NCBI RefSeq assembly: GCF_006345805.1
Contig: NC_043012.1
Span: forward strand, 3,038,001 to 3,102,000
Length of the DNA: 64,000 nucleotides
Direction of reading: 5' to 3'
Source: Octopus sinensis
Taxonomy: Eukaryota
This document shows positions 37,847 through 51,076 of this stretch, in pieces; the first letter of the stretch is position 1, and each line of letters opens with the position of its first letter. Under the pieces are notes generated by a model, which was given only the letters and a program-made list of their open reading frames with translations, did no database searches and had not been told where the DNA came from. A program made the position numbers and the translations under genes.

Positions 37847-38186
37847 ACAATCTGAATGCTTAAAAGGTAAGGGTTTGAATTATGGTTGGACTGTGTTTCT
37901 GGCTAGACTGAGTGTTCAGAACATAGGGTGGTCAGTAGTCGAAATGATAGCAATACAGTTAAACATGAAATAAGCTGTTTTATTTAATGTTTGATCTCTT
38001 CTGCTATTTTATTTTTTGTTTTCTTTTTATGGTTACGCTGTTTACTTTGTATTATGACTAAGGTGTTGAAGGGTTACTTGTTCCCTTCACTGTCACTTTT
38101 AATGGTGACTTGATATTTGAAGTTTAAAACAACTCCTTTGATTATTATCGTTCTCATCTATTTCCATTTCTTTCTTCTCCGTCCAG

Positions 38187-38337
38187 GTTTCTCTTGGAGA
38201 CTACTCAGAACCAATAGATTTCCGTCGCAAAGGGTCAAGTGTAAAAGAGCGTCAACTACCCAGTGCTCCTCCTTTAGAAGACGTGGACCCTTACAGCGAA
38301 CCATATCAATCAAAGCAGAACTTGGATGCAATTGAAG
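38187..38337 (+). CDS. Internal coding exon (VSLGDYSEPIDFRRKGSSVKERQLPSAPPLEDVDPYSEPYQSKQNLDAIE) of an unidentified Tyr-motif-rich, adaptor-like protein
   Basis: Polypyrimidine tract + ccag acceptor, GAAG|gtgagc donor, 151 nt open in phase 0 to 1; two YSEP motifs. Confidence 0.75.
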
Positions 38338-38399
38338 GTGAGCCTCTTTTTTTTCTTTTTTTTTTGTGTGTGTATACCGTTATTTTTGGTGGTGGTCAT

Positions 38400-38775
38400 G
38401 GAAGGGATGGGTTATAACAAGCATCACCTCTACAACCATCATTACTGCAGTTATTACTACTTTCATATCAGCACCAACACCACCACTGCTTTTATCATCA
38501 CCACCATCATCATCATTGTCACACCAACACCACTACTACTACAACTGTCATCACCTTCCACATCACCCCTACCATTTATATCTACCATCATATCAACACT
38601 AGTACCAACACTACAAATTATCATCATCATATCATCATCACTAACACCTTACAGCAATCACCATCACCTTCTTAGCCCCAACCATCACTCCTTCATCACT
38701 GCCATCCTTCACCTTCCCTACCATCACTACGATTATCACTACCATCATGATATCATTATCATCACCACACTACAT
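38400..38775. repeat. Degenerate (ATC/ACC/ACT)n low-complexity tract
   Basis: Direct reading. Confidence 0.8.
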
Positions 38776-38801
38776 TCTTTTTGCTAATAGTATATACTAA
38801 C

Positions 38802-39190
38802 GTGGAGGTGCAATGGCCCAGTGGTTAGGGCAGTGGGCTCGCGGTCATAGGATCGCGGTTTCGATTCCCAGACCGGGCGTTGTGAGTGTTTATTGAGCGA
38901 AAACACCTAAAAGCTCCACGACGCTCCGGCAGGGGATGGTGGTGATCCCTGCTGTACTCTTTCACCACAACTTTCTCTCACTCTTTCTTCCTGTTTCTGT
39001 TGTACCTGTATTTCAAAGGGCCGGCCTTGTCACTCTCTGTGTCACGCTGAATATCCCCGAGAACTACGTTAAGGGTACACGTGTCTGTGGAGTGCTCAGC
39101 CACTTACACGTTAATTTCACAAGCAGGCTGTTCCGTTGATTCGGATCAACCGGAACCCTCGTCGTCGTAACCGACGGAGTGCTTCCATCC
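38802..39190 (+). mobile_element. Young CpG-rich tRNA-headed SINE
   Basis: A-box TGGCCCAGTGG, B-box-like GTTTCGATTCC; perfect 10-bp TSD ATATACTAAC; 3' hairpins. Confidence 0.85.
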
Positions 39191-39619
39191 ATATACTAAC
39201 ACACTGGTTTTAGGTTAACACTACATGTAAACCTACTACATGTAGCTGTGTGTGTGTACCTGTTGTAATACTTACTCAGACTGCAGGAATTTGAAATCCA
39301 CATCATGTATTAAAACACCATTTATTTAATCATCTCCAATACAACTTAAGTGTCATTCCAGTTGTCTAAACCATTAAAGCTAGAATGGTTATTGCAGTGG
39401 TACATTGTTAAGGGCTCAGTGAGGTTTTCTAAAATACTTAACTAAATTCTTTTATTTCTTTATGTCATTTAACTGGGGCCATGCTGGAGCACTGCCTTTA
39501 GTCAAACAAGTCGACTCCGGGACTTATTCTTTGTAAGCCTAGTTCTTATTCTATCGGTCTCTTTTGCCGAACTGCTAAGTTACGAAGATGTAAACACACT
39601 AACATTGGTTGTCAAACGA

Positions 39620-40715
39620 TGAGATGAATGATGAAAAAAAATGGTATCAATGAGGGAAAGTGGGCAAAGCCCACCGATCGCTGCTTCCTGAAAACATTGT
39701 TCTTTTACAAAACACACAATTTGAGGAAATAAACCTCTTACTAATGTTCCATTGGACACAAGGTCCTTACAATGAAGCACTAAGCCTCTTACCAAAAATA
39801 GCACAATGTCCTTACAAATGAGACACTAGGCCTCTTACATTTTCTCTTATGGGCTATATGCCTTTTCAGTAATGGGCACTCAGCCTCTTAATTTTTACTA
39901 TTTTCTGCTCCGTCAGCACCCGACCAGGCTCAAAGCGTCACTTAAGCACTCCAATAGTGCTGGGTCAGGGCACCTTAATCGGAAGTGGAATACATCTTCT
40001 GGGAAGGAGTCCATTACCTTGAAAAGATCCGTGTCTGAGATTACCTCCACAGCTACCAGTGGAGGCCATCCAGGATCTTTAATGCAGGTTATGTCTCCTC
40101 CCCTGGCAAACTTTTTAGTAAACTTTCCCACCGCCTTTCCCTTGCAGAAGAAGACTAAAAATTCCTCCCCTACATGGGTCGAGGTCACAACTTCCACCAT
40201 CAGTGGAACAATTCCTGCCGACAGGGTTTTGGAACATGCTGGCAGTATATTAACTGCCAGCACTGCCCCATTTTTATTCTTTTTTCTCCCCTTTGCTATG
40301 GTAGTTCCTCCACTTTAACTGGGGGATCTTCCCTCCCACCCACAGTCTTGGGGTCCTTTGGTGGGCAACCATTGTTGCCCACCTTCTTCCTTTTTTCCCC
40401 TTTTTGTTCAGGGAGGTCTCCACTGCCTCCATCTCTCCCTCCAAAGGAGGTGGTGGGGTTCTTCCATAACTAATTGTTCCAAGACCTTACTTTGGTCTTG
40501 GGGACAGTTCTTTTTAATATGGCCTGGTTCCAGGCACAGTTGACACTTGTGGGGGAGGTGTCCCTCAAGAATCACCGGATACCTACAATTGGCCATTTTC
40601 AGAAAATCTGGAAACACCAGATTCTTGGCTGATTGAGTCTGCAGGGTCAAAACCAATTTTCACCCCATCCCATCAGCTGCAGGCAAAATTTTGACATTGA
40701 GGAGCTTGGCTCCGC
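39620..40715 (-). mobile_element. L1/Tx1-like ORF1 (gag-like) relic with CCHC zinc knuckle
   Basis: YPVILEGHLPHKCQLCLEPGHIKKNC (CX2CX4HX4C) in ORF 40408-40656; further open frame 39913-40263. Confidence 0.65.
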
Positions 40716-40721
40716 TGCCAC

Positions 40722-41105
40722 CCAGTGGCACTTAAAAAGCAGCAACCGAATGTAGCTGATGCCAGTACCCCTAGACTGGCTCCTGTGCCGGTGGTGCATA
40801 AGAAGTATCATCCAAACGTGGTTGATGCCAAGTCCACCTGACTGGATCCTATGCCGGTGGCACGTAAAAAGCACTATCTGAACGGGGTCGATGCCAGGTC
40901 TGCCTGACTGGCTCCTGTGCCGGTGGCACATAAAAAGCACCCACTACATTCTCAGAGTGGTGGCATTATGAAGGGCATCCAGCTGTAGAAACATTGCCAG
41001 ATCAGATTGGAGCTTGGTGCAGCCGCTAGCTCTCCAGACCTCAGTCAAACCGCCCAACTCATGCCAGCATGGAAAACAGACATTATACGATGAGGATGAG
41101 GGGGA
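40722..41105 (+). mobile_element. Family C copy with ~66-bp internal tandem repeats
   Basis: GACTGGCTCCTGTGCCGGTGGCAC-type unit x3 upstream of the common tail. Confidence 0.75.
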
Positions 41106-41936
41106 GGAAGATGATGATGATTTGGCCTTTCTCATTAATTAATCATTTCACTTACAACAGGCTGGTTGGCGTTAGGAAGGGCATCCAGCTGTAGAAACAC
41201 TGCCAGATCTGACTGGCCTGGTGCAGCCTTCGGGCTCCCCAGACCCCAGTTGAACCGTCCAACCCATGCTAGCATGGAAAGCGGACGATGATGATGATGA
41301 TGAAGTATCAGTCCTCTCCACTCCCTGCAGATCCTCTGAACTTATCACCCAAGGCTAACTGCCATACTGCATCACACTTCATACATGTGCAATCTACTGT
41401 TGTAAAGAGGTGAAATCTCTTTATCATCAACAGAAGTATCAGTTTTCTGAACTTCATCCACCCTAACTGTTACCCAAGCTAAACTTATACTTGGTTTACC
41501 TCACCTCCCTCTGTATAGCAGAACTTATTTGCTACTTCCAATAACATCATTTTACCAATCAACAGTCTGTATGTCGTTATCATTCTTGTTGCCAATTGCA
41601 CAAATTTTATAATTTATTTGTATAAGATACTCGAGGGAAGAGAGATGGGCCTTCCTAGACTGGAGAGATTGATATATTTTATGCCCCATCTGAAAATAAA
41701 AGAAGGTACGGGGACTGTGGTATAGATGCCTGCAACAGAGATAAACTCTGTTAAAAGTAACCAAGGTGCAAGTATTGGGATGTTCACTGGGTGGTATGGT
41801 AGACCTGGGTGGTATGGTAGATACTGGGTGGTATGGTAGACCTCCCACTTAAAACAGCATTAACACATGCATACATACACATAAATTACTGGTACATTAA
41901 TGATGTTTTTTGTTTTAATGCTATACTGTACTATAG

Positions 41937-42618
41937 CAGGGGGTTCCCTAACCATCAGGCTGCAGATCATTTGGTACCAGGCTGCACAGAAAGAATAATT
42001 TTAAATTTTATTTCTATTTTAGAATAGTCTGCAGAGTGTTTTTGCATTATACATGTATTACATATATAATACAGATATATATAGGCGCAGGAGTGGCTGT
42101 GTGGTAAGTAGCTTGTTTACCAATCACAAGGTTCCGGGTTCAGTCCCACTGCGTGGCACCTTGGGCAAGTGTCTTCTACTATAGCCTCAGGCCGACCAAA
42201 GCCTTGTGAGTGGATTTGGTAGACGGAGACTGAAAGAAGCCTGTCGTATATATGTATATATATATATATGTGTGTGTGTGTCTGTGCTTGACAACTGATG
42301 CCGGTGTGTTTATGTCCCTGTTACTTAGCGGTTCGGCAAAAGAGACCGATAGAATAAGTACTGGGCTTACAAAAGAATAAGTCCTGGGTTCGAGTTGCTC
42401 GATTAAAGGTGGTGCCCCAGCATGACCGCAGTCAAATGACTGAAACAAGTAAAAGAGTATATATGTATTGTATATGTAATATATATGTTTTCTATATGTA
42501 ATAATTAAATTATATATTATGCATCTTCTTGTGTTTTGTTGTGCACATGATCTCTTGATCCACGGAAAAGTTGTCTTGCATGAAACTGGTCCATGGTGCA
42601 ATAAAGGCTGGAGACTGC
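41937..42618. mobile_element. Same hAT MITE family in opposite orientation, interrupted by SINE family A
   Basis: Ends match reverse complements of the 23220 element ends; near-TSD TACTATAG/TACTAAAG. Confidence 0.65.
42084..42458 (+). mobile_element. SINE family A
   Basis: Homology to other copies; nested in hAT MITE. Confidence 0.85.
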
Positions 42619-45099
42619 TACTAAAGCATATATCTATAGGTTTTAGCCAACACTGCATGTAACAGACGTATGTAATCAGCTGGTTTTTGTCTACAGTATC
42701 TTCATGGGGTGAGTTTCAGTCCTGTGTTGGTATCATCAGGGACCAAGGACCCTCTTTAACTGTACATGACTGTACTGCTTATAAACCCGTTAGTATGACT
42801 TTCATTGGCTAGACTGATTTTCACATATAATAATGTATTCTGGACAAATAACCAGTTTGATTAATAAGTTATTGGGTACATAAACAGTGTTTAGTTTCAA
42901 TATTCTTTGTTGTTCTGAATATAGCTATAGATTTTAGCTGGCACTGAATGTAATAGGTGGATGCAAGCACTTTGTTTTTATATACACTAACTTCACAGAC
43001 AGAAAAATAACAAATCAACCAGTCAAGCAACTGAGTACTCTCTTTAACTATTTGCAGTAATTTATTAATCAAGCTAACTGCCAAGGATGCATTACAAATG
43101 CGAATTGGTTAATCCTATTTACTCAAACCCATGTTAGTAGGTTTATAAGTAGTATCTCCAGAGCTAGTTTCTTTGCTGAGGGACAAGACACAATAACTAA
43201 GCAGTTGTAGAATTTGAAATCATGACCATATGGTCAGTAGCCAAGCTTTCTAAACTCACAGCCAATGGTGTCTCATTTTAACTCAAATAAATAGGTTGTT
43301 AGTCATCAATTTTGTTACAGTTTCAGCAAATCAAATATCTCCAAAGAACAAGGTACCACATGGTAACTTATCACATTCACCTGCAGTGGACAAATGCCTG
43401 AGTTTGGGGAGGAATTGGGATGTTGGGGGTGGGGGACAGAGGAGAAAACATTGTGGTCTGTGAATAAGCTTTGCTTTTATAGTTCAATACACTCTTGCGA
43501 GCATGTTGAGTCATATATACACACGTACATATATTTTATATCTACATGTAAATATACACACACATACACACATGTACACATGCGTGCATGCACACGTGTG
43601 TGTGTGTGTGTGTGTACATGTGAGAGAGAAAAAGAGAGAATAGGTTTGGTGTGCAGTTTGTTTATTTTATTAGATAATTTTGTTATTGCTTATTATTGGA
43701 AATGAGATAGGGGAGAAGGGAATAAGGTGAGATTAAAGTTTACCTCAATCAAGATGACTAATCAATCTCATCTTCCAGCCTCTTCCCATTTGTGTAAACT
43801 TTTGCTGGCTGTTTTGCCAACGCCCCCACCCCACCCCACCCAGCACACACACAGACACACATACACATACACTGCATTCTCACCCCTCCACACAAGTATC
43901 ACTACATCAGACCATTAAGTTTTCTCAGGCTGGCTTACTACATCTAGCCATTCTATCAACATTTCTTATCTTCACTTACCCCCCCCCCACTCCCATCCTC
44001 ATATTTCTTCTTCACTTACCTCCCTATCCCCTTCTCTTCTTAAATAGAGAATCCCCCCCCCTCATATGCTCCCAGAGATATCATCTCCTCCTGCCCCCCT
44101 GTTTCTTACTGATGAAAACTTAAAACTTTCACTTAAGCTGCCCAGCACATAATTTCTTTCTTTATAATTCACCCCTAATCATTTTCTTTCTAACTCTTAT
44201 TTTCTTCCCTCGTTTCTTCGTACCTACCATCCTTCCCTTCTTTTTTTATCTGAATTCTGAGAAAACACAACTTTGTTGGGCTTTTCCTTTAGATAAATAT
44301 ATTTCTCTGGGTGTTGTTAAGAAAAAAGAAAGGAAAAACAGAAAGCTCTCCTTCAGTTATCTAATTATATCAGAGGAAAGTATTAGTATTGGGTATTATC
44401 TTTACCCCTTTCATATAACCCCAGTTTTTCAAAGAGTTAGGTGTCTTTATTTTGTGTTGTAACTAGTCCCAACTGAATATTTAATTACAAACACACTCCG
44501 ATAATAATTCTTTCTAAAATAAAGTTATTTTTTTTATATACAATATTTGTTTGAACCCTATTACATCTTAAAAAATTATGCTCTATCTTAAACCACTATA
44601 AAAGCATCTGCTACCCCTCAGAAAAGATTATTGCCATACTTTAACCCTTTCATTACTGTATTTCTGCCAAAGTACAACTGCTGTCGTTTCAGATAATTTT
44701 GAAAATAGTGAAGAATTTATTAAACTAATTTTTTCATTAATAAGCTGGTTTTTGGAACATAAATTAGGAAATTTTGGAAGAAGCTTTTAATACAATTCGC
44801 TTTAAATATTCATTTATTCTTTTCAGCTGTAGGACTGAGGCCATGCTGGAGCACTGTCTTTGGTGCTCCAGTGTCATAGAACCAATGGTGGTCTCAAGTG
44901 GTGGTGGGGGTATCAAAAGCATTAGAATGTTGCGCCATGCCATACTATGCCATCAACTACTATGGCCTGCCACCTCAGAAACATCTACAGTTCATGCTAC
45001 CATGGCTTAACTTCAGCTTTTCCTTCTGTCTAATAATTTGTTTCAACCCTACCTTGTCTTAAAACAATATACCTTTTGATTGATCAGTTAGAGTACCAT

Positions 45100-45600
45100 C
45101 ATTCATCATCATCATCATTTAACATCCGCTTTCCATGCTGGCATGGGCTGGACAGTTTGACAGGAGCTGGCCAGGCAGAAAACTGCACCACACTTCAGTG
45201 TCTGTTTTGGCATGGTTTTCAATGCTGGATGCCCTTCCTAACACCAACCAACCACCTCAAAGAGTGGACTGAGTACTCTTTACATGGCACCAGCACAGGT
45301 GAGGCCAGTCTTAGCATAGTTTTTACTGCTGGATGCCCTTCCTAACACCAATCATCTCACAGGGATGACCGAGAAATTTTTACATGGCACCAGCACAGGT
45401 GAGGCCAGTCTTAGCATGGTTTTTACTGCTAGATGCCCTTCCTAACACCAGTCATTTCACAGGGATGACCAAGTACTTCTTACATGGCCCCAGCACAGGT
45501 GAGGTCAGTTTTGGTATGGTTTTTACGGCTAGATGCCCTTCCTAACACCAACTATCTCAGAGTGGACTGGATGCTTTTTATACAAGACACCAGCACTGGC
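45100..45600 (-). mobile_element. Family C copy with ~100-bp unit repeated four times
   Basis: GATGCCCTTCCTAACACC recurs near 45228, 45332, 45432, 45533. Confidence 0.75.
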
Positions 45601-45885
45601 AGGGTCATTATGAATAAATACATAGGTGGTGTCATACCAGTGTATGGTTTTTGGGCCTTGTTATGAAATTAGGTCCCAGGCAGTATTTTTGTTCCTTTTT
45701 CCTTCTTGGGATGAAGAGTGAATTGGTTTCTTTGTTATTTAATTCATTGAAATCTACAGGTGCAGATGCAGGCATGGCTGTATGATTGAGAAGCTTGTGG
45801 TACCGTGTACAAGTGTCTTTTACTGTAGCCCCTGGGCTCACCAATGCCTTGTGAGTAAATCTGGAAATTGTGTGGAAGCTCATCA

Positions 45886-45922
<37 letters not shown>

Positions 45923-46045
45923 CAGACAGACAGAAGTCATGTGATGTGTATGGATAAGGACAGGTGCCTAAGGAAATGTCAATCTCTGAGTATGGAGGGA
46001 ACCTGTGGGAATGGTGAAACACAGCGTTTAGTTTGTAAACTTGCA

Positions 46046-46170
46046 AAATGGTATGATGGCACCTGATCATTCTACAATGGACTCGTATCTCTCTGAGTTT
46101 ATGTGGCACTGCAGATATGGAAAACAAGACTTGTTTCAAAAGTTACTGCACAGTGCATATCTCAATTTCG
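46046..46170 (+). pseudogene. Merlin/IS1595-like (ISXO2) transposase C-terminal relic
   Basis: KWYDGT* then frameshifted MDSYLSEFMWHCRYGKQDLFQKLL, resembling the SYLxEFMWR motif. Confidence 0.55.
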
Positions 46171-49035
46171 TTAATTTCAAAACTTTCCATTGCATTGCTT
46201 TATTTCATCAGTTTTCTTTTATTGACTGTCCATGTGTTTACATTTCATTTCCGCTGCTATTTCTAGCAACAGGTCAAAAATGTTTCATCATTCTCTTTCA
46301 ATTAAATTCTTTTTTTTTTTTAAATAAACTTCCTTTTTGTTTCTTTTGTTTTCTTTCCTTAAATTTGTTTTTTTATTTGCTTTCATTAATTCTGTTTTTA
46401 ATAAAAAAACAAAAACCAGTTCAATTTTCACAGTTCCCTTTGGCTGCATTTTTAATGATAGTTTGTTTGTTGCCATGACAACTATGGCAGCAAACAGTTT
46501 CAACTTCCGTATGTGAGGACATGGACTCATTTCATTGGTTAAAAATATATAACTTTAGATGCTTCTATCTTGTTAATTATTAACTTTTCAAAAAAATAAA
46601 TAAATACAAAATTTGTTGCCATCATCATGCAAAACTACATCTGTACACAGAAAATTAGAAAACAATTCATTGAGAATTGAAAATCTTAAAGTTGTTGAAA
46701 GAAAATGAAAAAGATTCCATTTTGCCCTCTGTGTTAACGCTTCTGCTAGTTATTATTATGAAATAAATATTAACACTTAGGAATTGATGGGGGTCAATCT
46801 GTTGGCCAAAAAGTCTATTGGCAAAGAAGATTGTATTAGTTCCTTCAATTTCCTACAAGAATATATATAGTTTGATATATGTAAAATAGTTACTTTATTT
46901 TTTATAATTTTTTAAGTGCATGCCCTCTGTAGGGTTTGTGAAAAGGGCTCCAACTTCTTGACCATGAAACTCCAAATGCGGCTCCATCTCCAAAGGGTAG
47001 ATTGGCATTAGAGAAAATCCTTTGTAGCATTTAATTACAGTTCTTTACATTCTTGAGTTCAAACCTTTCTGCAGTTGACTTTGCTTTTAATCCTTCCTTG
47101 GTTGATCCAATAAAGTAGCAGTTCAAATTCCAGGGACGATATAATTCACTGTTCCCCCCTCTCCCCCTTCCTCCTTCAAAAAAAAAAAAAAATTTCTGGC
47201 TCTGTCCCTCTATAAAAAATCATTAACATTAACATAGATTTCTGGGAAGCTTTTGTACTGTTTAACCATTTTATCTTGGTAAATATCTAATGAAGCAGCA
47301 TCTTCTAATTAGTCATCTTTCCCAATCAAGAAATCCATCAACAGGTTTGAGTGCCACTGAAATTCCTAAAAGACGTTTTTATTACCAACAAACAAAACAA
47401 GATAATTTCTCACCAGCTGGCATTTTCTAGATATTTTGCATAACTGGAATTTCTTCAATTCTTCTCTTTTTTTTTTTTTTTTCTTTTTCCTAATAATTTT
47501 TGTGTTTGTTTTCTTTCTGTTCTCCTTTTGCTCAAAATTGTTAAATAAGAATTGTGGAAATTATTGCACATACTAAATCACTACAAGTGCCAACATAAGT
47601 ATTTTATAGACTCTACTGCTAGCCTGGCTCTGGTATCCACACAATAAGATCTTGAGTTGAAGTATCCCCTTATACCCAGCCTCACACACATTCACCTCCC
47701 TTCCTCTCGCCACTCTTACGATGTCTTAACCTCCCTGATCCTTTACTAATCACTTCATTCAAATTCTTCCTCTCCTGCAAAGATCCTATCTAGATCCTTT
47801 CCCTACCTGCCTACTTTTTTAACCCTGAAGATATTAAAAACTAAACATCAACTGCATAACTCTCTTCTCTCTCTAGTCTGAGAGGTCAATCAAAGGTCAT
47901 ACATAACCAATGCACCACCTCCTCTAAAAATTAATATAAATAAATCACTCTGCTTTATCTCAGTCTACCTAGCTGACAACAAGCACCACTTTCTGCTTTG
48001 TGGCTCATTGTTTAACCCCAGGTCAACTCTGACTGAACAGACCTTATCATCAACTCATAATGATCCTTTTTTTTTTTCAGACGTTATCTAAAACCATGTT
48101 ATACAATAGATAAGTCCTTTCTTATTTAACAACAGAACATTATAATTTAGGGAGATTTAGCTATTGTGTCTCTTATGTCAACTTACAACAGCGAAGCTCT
48201 CTAGCAGCTAAAAGCATGTACCCCAAGAGTTCATATACAAATGACATAATTTTCTGAGCCTCTGCCATCCATGATAGAATAGAAAAATAGCAAAATTGTT
48301 CTGGATCATACCAATATGTAGATAAAATCTCTTCAGGCGCAAACATTGTCGTGTGGTTAAGAAACTAACTTTGTAACTACATGGTTTCTGGTTGAATCCT
48401 ACTGCATGACACCTTCTGCAAGTGTCTTCTACTATAGCCTTAAACTGAGGGGAATTGGTACAGGGAAACTATATGGAGTCCCATCAAAGTGGTGAGAAAG
48501 AATCTTAAGATGCTGGGTCCCACTAAGGAAATGACAAGGGAGTGGGAGATGTGGCAATTTGCTGTACTTGATAAGATGCACCAAGCTAAGTAAAATCGCT
48601 GTCTTCCATACTTTCAGGCTTGTCCTTTCAGGTGCTGGTGCCACTTGAAAAACACCCGTGCCACTGCTGCATTAATGCACCCATGACGGTACTGCATAAG
48701 CACTCCCATGCCAGTGGCATGTAAAAAGCACTCAGCACACTCTTTTATGTGGTTAGCATAAGGAAGGGCATCCAGCCATAGAAACCACTCCATGACAGAC
48801 AGTCAGAGCCTGAACTGGATGTTAAACGATGACGACAACACATAAATACATTTTATCTTTTACTTGTTTGTTTAGTCAAATAAATCGACCAGTGTTAATT
48901 TTTTTTCGTTTTAAGTCTCTTTTACCAAACTGCTAAGTCATAGGGTTATAAACAAGCCAATACCTATTGGTAGCTTGTGGAGTGACAGTTACAAGAATAC
49001 ACACACACACACACAACATTTTCACACAGTTTCCT

Positions 49036-49261
49036 ATTTCTTTATTGCCTACAAGGGGCTAAACATAGAGGGGACAAAGAAGGACAGACAAAGGGATTAA
49101 GTTGATTACATCGACCCCAGTGCGTTACTGGTACTTAATTTATCGACCCCGAAAGGACGAAAGGCAAAGTTGACCTCAGCGGAGTTTGAACTCAGAATGT
49201 AATGGCAGGCGAAATACCACTAAGCATTTCGCCTGGCGTGCTAACATGTCGGCCAGCTCGC
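49036..49261 (-). mobile_element. SINE family B
   Basis: 10-bp TSD CACAGTTTCC (49025-49034, 49262-49271). Confidence 0.85.
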
Positions 49262-49438
49262 CACAGTTTCCATCTACCAAATTCCTTAGAAGGCATTGAT
49301 CAAACCTAAAAATCTGCCTAAATAAGTCTTCCTTTAAGCTATATCAGCATGGTAAACTGGGCGTCAAACTGACAACTATATTATTTAGACACACATAATG
49401 TTTATTATGTAACAACATTCAATATTAATTTAATGGAA

Positions 49439-49645
49439 GGTGATGAGCTGGCAGAACTATTAGCACACCAGGCAAAATGCTTAGTGGCATTTCAACCTTC
49501 CTTATGATCCGAGTTCAAATTCCGCTGAGGTTAACTCTGCCTTTCATCCCTTTTGGGGTTGATGAAATAAGTACCAGTAGATCACTGGGGGGGGTGTAAT
49601 TGACTCACCTGTTCCCTAAAATTGCTGGCCTTGTGCCCAAATTTG
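49439..49645 (+). mobile_element. SINE family B
   Basis: Homology. Confidence 0.75.
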
Positions 49646-51076
49646 TAATCAGTGTCACTTTAATGCAATTTTCAGCACACAGCACATCTTGTTTCAATAC
49701 ATACAGTATAGTGATATGTGCATGTCTACTTAGGCAGCAAGCTGGCAGAATCATTAGCATAATAGTTTGGTCTGGCATCTGCAGAAATCTCCAAGACCTA
49801 TAAGATCAGTGCTGGTGATGTCTTTTTTTTTTTGAAAAAACTACTAATTGGCAAAAGCAGGGAAAACATGGTAGTTCCAGGGGGATGACATTCTGGGTAG
49901 GAAGGACTGGATGCAGCAGTTGGAGGTGGGTGGGAAAAAGATGCAATATGAGTGGCAAGACGAGGGTAGTCATGTGGCTCTGGTCAGTCCGGTTAACTAC
50001 CATGTGGGTCAGGGGTGTCCCTATTTTTTTCATATTTCCTTTAACTGTTTAGAAATATAGTTACATTAAATTCAATGAGGACCATTTTAGAACCGAAGAA
50101 AAAATACATGTTTGTTTATATATCAAAGAAAAAAGTCTCTATACAGATATAAACAGAAAAGTACTTGCTGTATACACATGCACTGTGTGTCTACATCACC
50201 ACATACTGTTATATATAGTATATTTGTACTTGTTTACATTTTAAGCACTTGTGTAAACACGTGTTCAACTTGACTTTGTTATAATATCCAACATGACAAT
50301 TTCATTATCTTAGGTATATACACTACTGTTGCTGTTGTTTAACCCCAGGTCGACCCTGACCAGGCTGACCTGTAATGAAAGATATTCCAGCTGTGACCCA
50401 TCCTAATCTTTTTGGTTAATCTAGGACTACACTATACAATGTCTTTCCTGTTTTCAAGAGTGTAGAATGGCATTTCAGGGAATTTTAGCTACTTTTTCTA
50501 GCAGATCGAGTGACTGATAGTTTTTAGCGCATAGACAGTTCTGTAAACAAGTTTGAATAACAAAAAAAAAATAAATAAATGATAATAATAATAATAATAA
50601 GTAGAGCCTACCTTTTTCTTGATGTAAAAATAAACTAGCAAAAATAAGTGAAACATAAAAATAAAAGATATTTTGGTTGCCTCTAAATAAGTCATAAGTA
50701 AGTATGTAAGTGACAACTCTTTCAGACACTTTAATAAAACTTATATGATACACACTTGAGTGCTCTTTTATAGTTACCAGTACACTTGAGGCTCTCGTTA
50801 CACACTAACCACAAGTAACAGCAGTCCATGTGTAACAAAAATATTCACAGCCATTTACACATGAATTCAGTTCTTTTCAAAGAGAGAATATAAAAAAAAA
50901 AAAAAAATGAAAACAAAAAAGAAAAAGAAAATAAATATTTCATCAAGATCTAGGTCTGCTAATAAAATGTTTGACCTTATAAACAAGTAAAAATGAAATA
51001 TATAAAGGATTAACCATTTCTGAATTGAATTACCATTTCCGTTGGTGTAATTTTATTTACTAGCTTTATAAGTAAC

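Noticed and set aside
40722-40945. CRISPR-like repeat-spacer appearance (also 45215-45600 and 39730-39890)
   Set aside because: The 'spacers' are homologous to each other, the arrays lie inside retroelements, there are no cas genes, and the context is eukaryotic.
42700-42742. Minus-strand CUGAUGA...GAAAC
   Set aside because: Helices II and III do not pair.
43406-43435. G-quadruplex-compatible G-runs
   Set aside because: Single motif with no contextual evidence of function.
46041-46478. 145-aa ORF as an intact gene
   Set aside because: Only a ~25-aa part resembles a transposase; the rest is T-rich low-complexity sequence.
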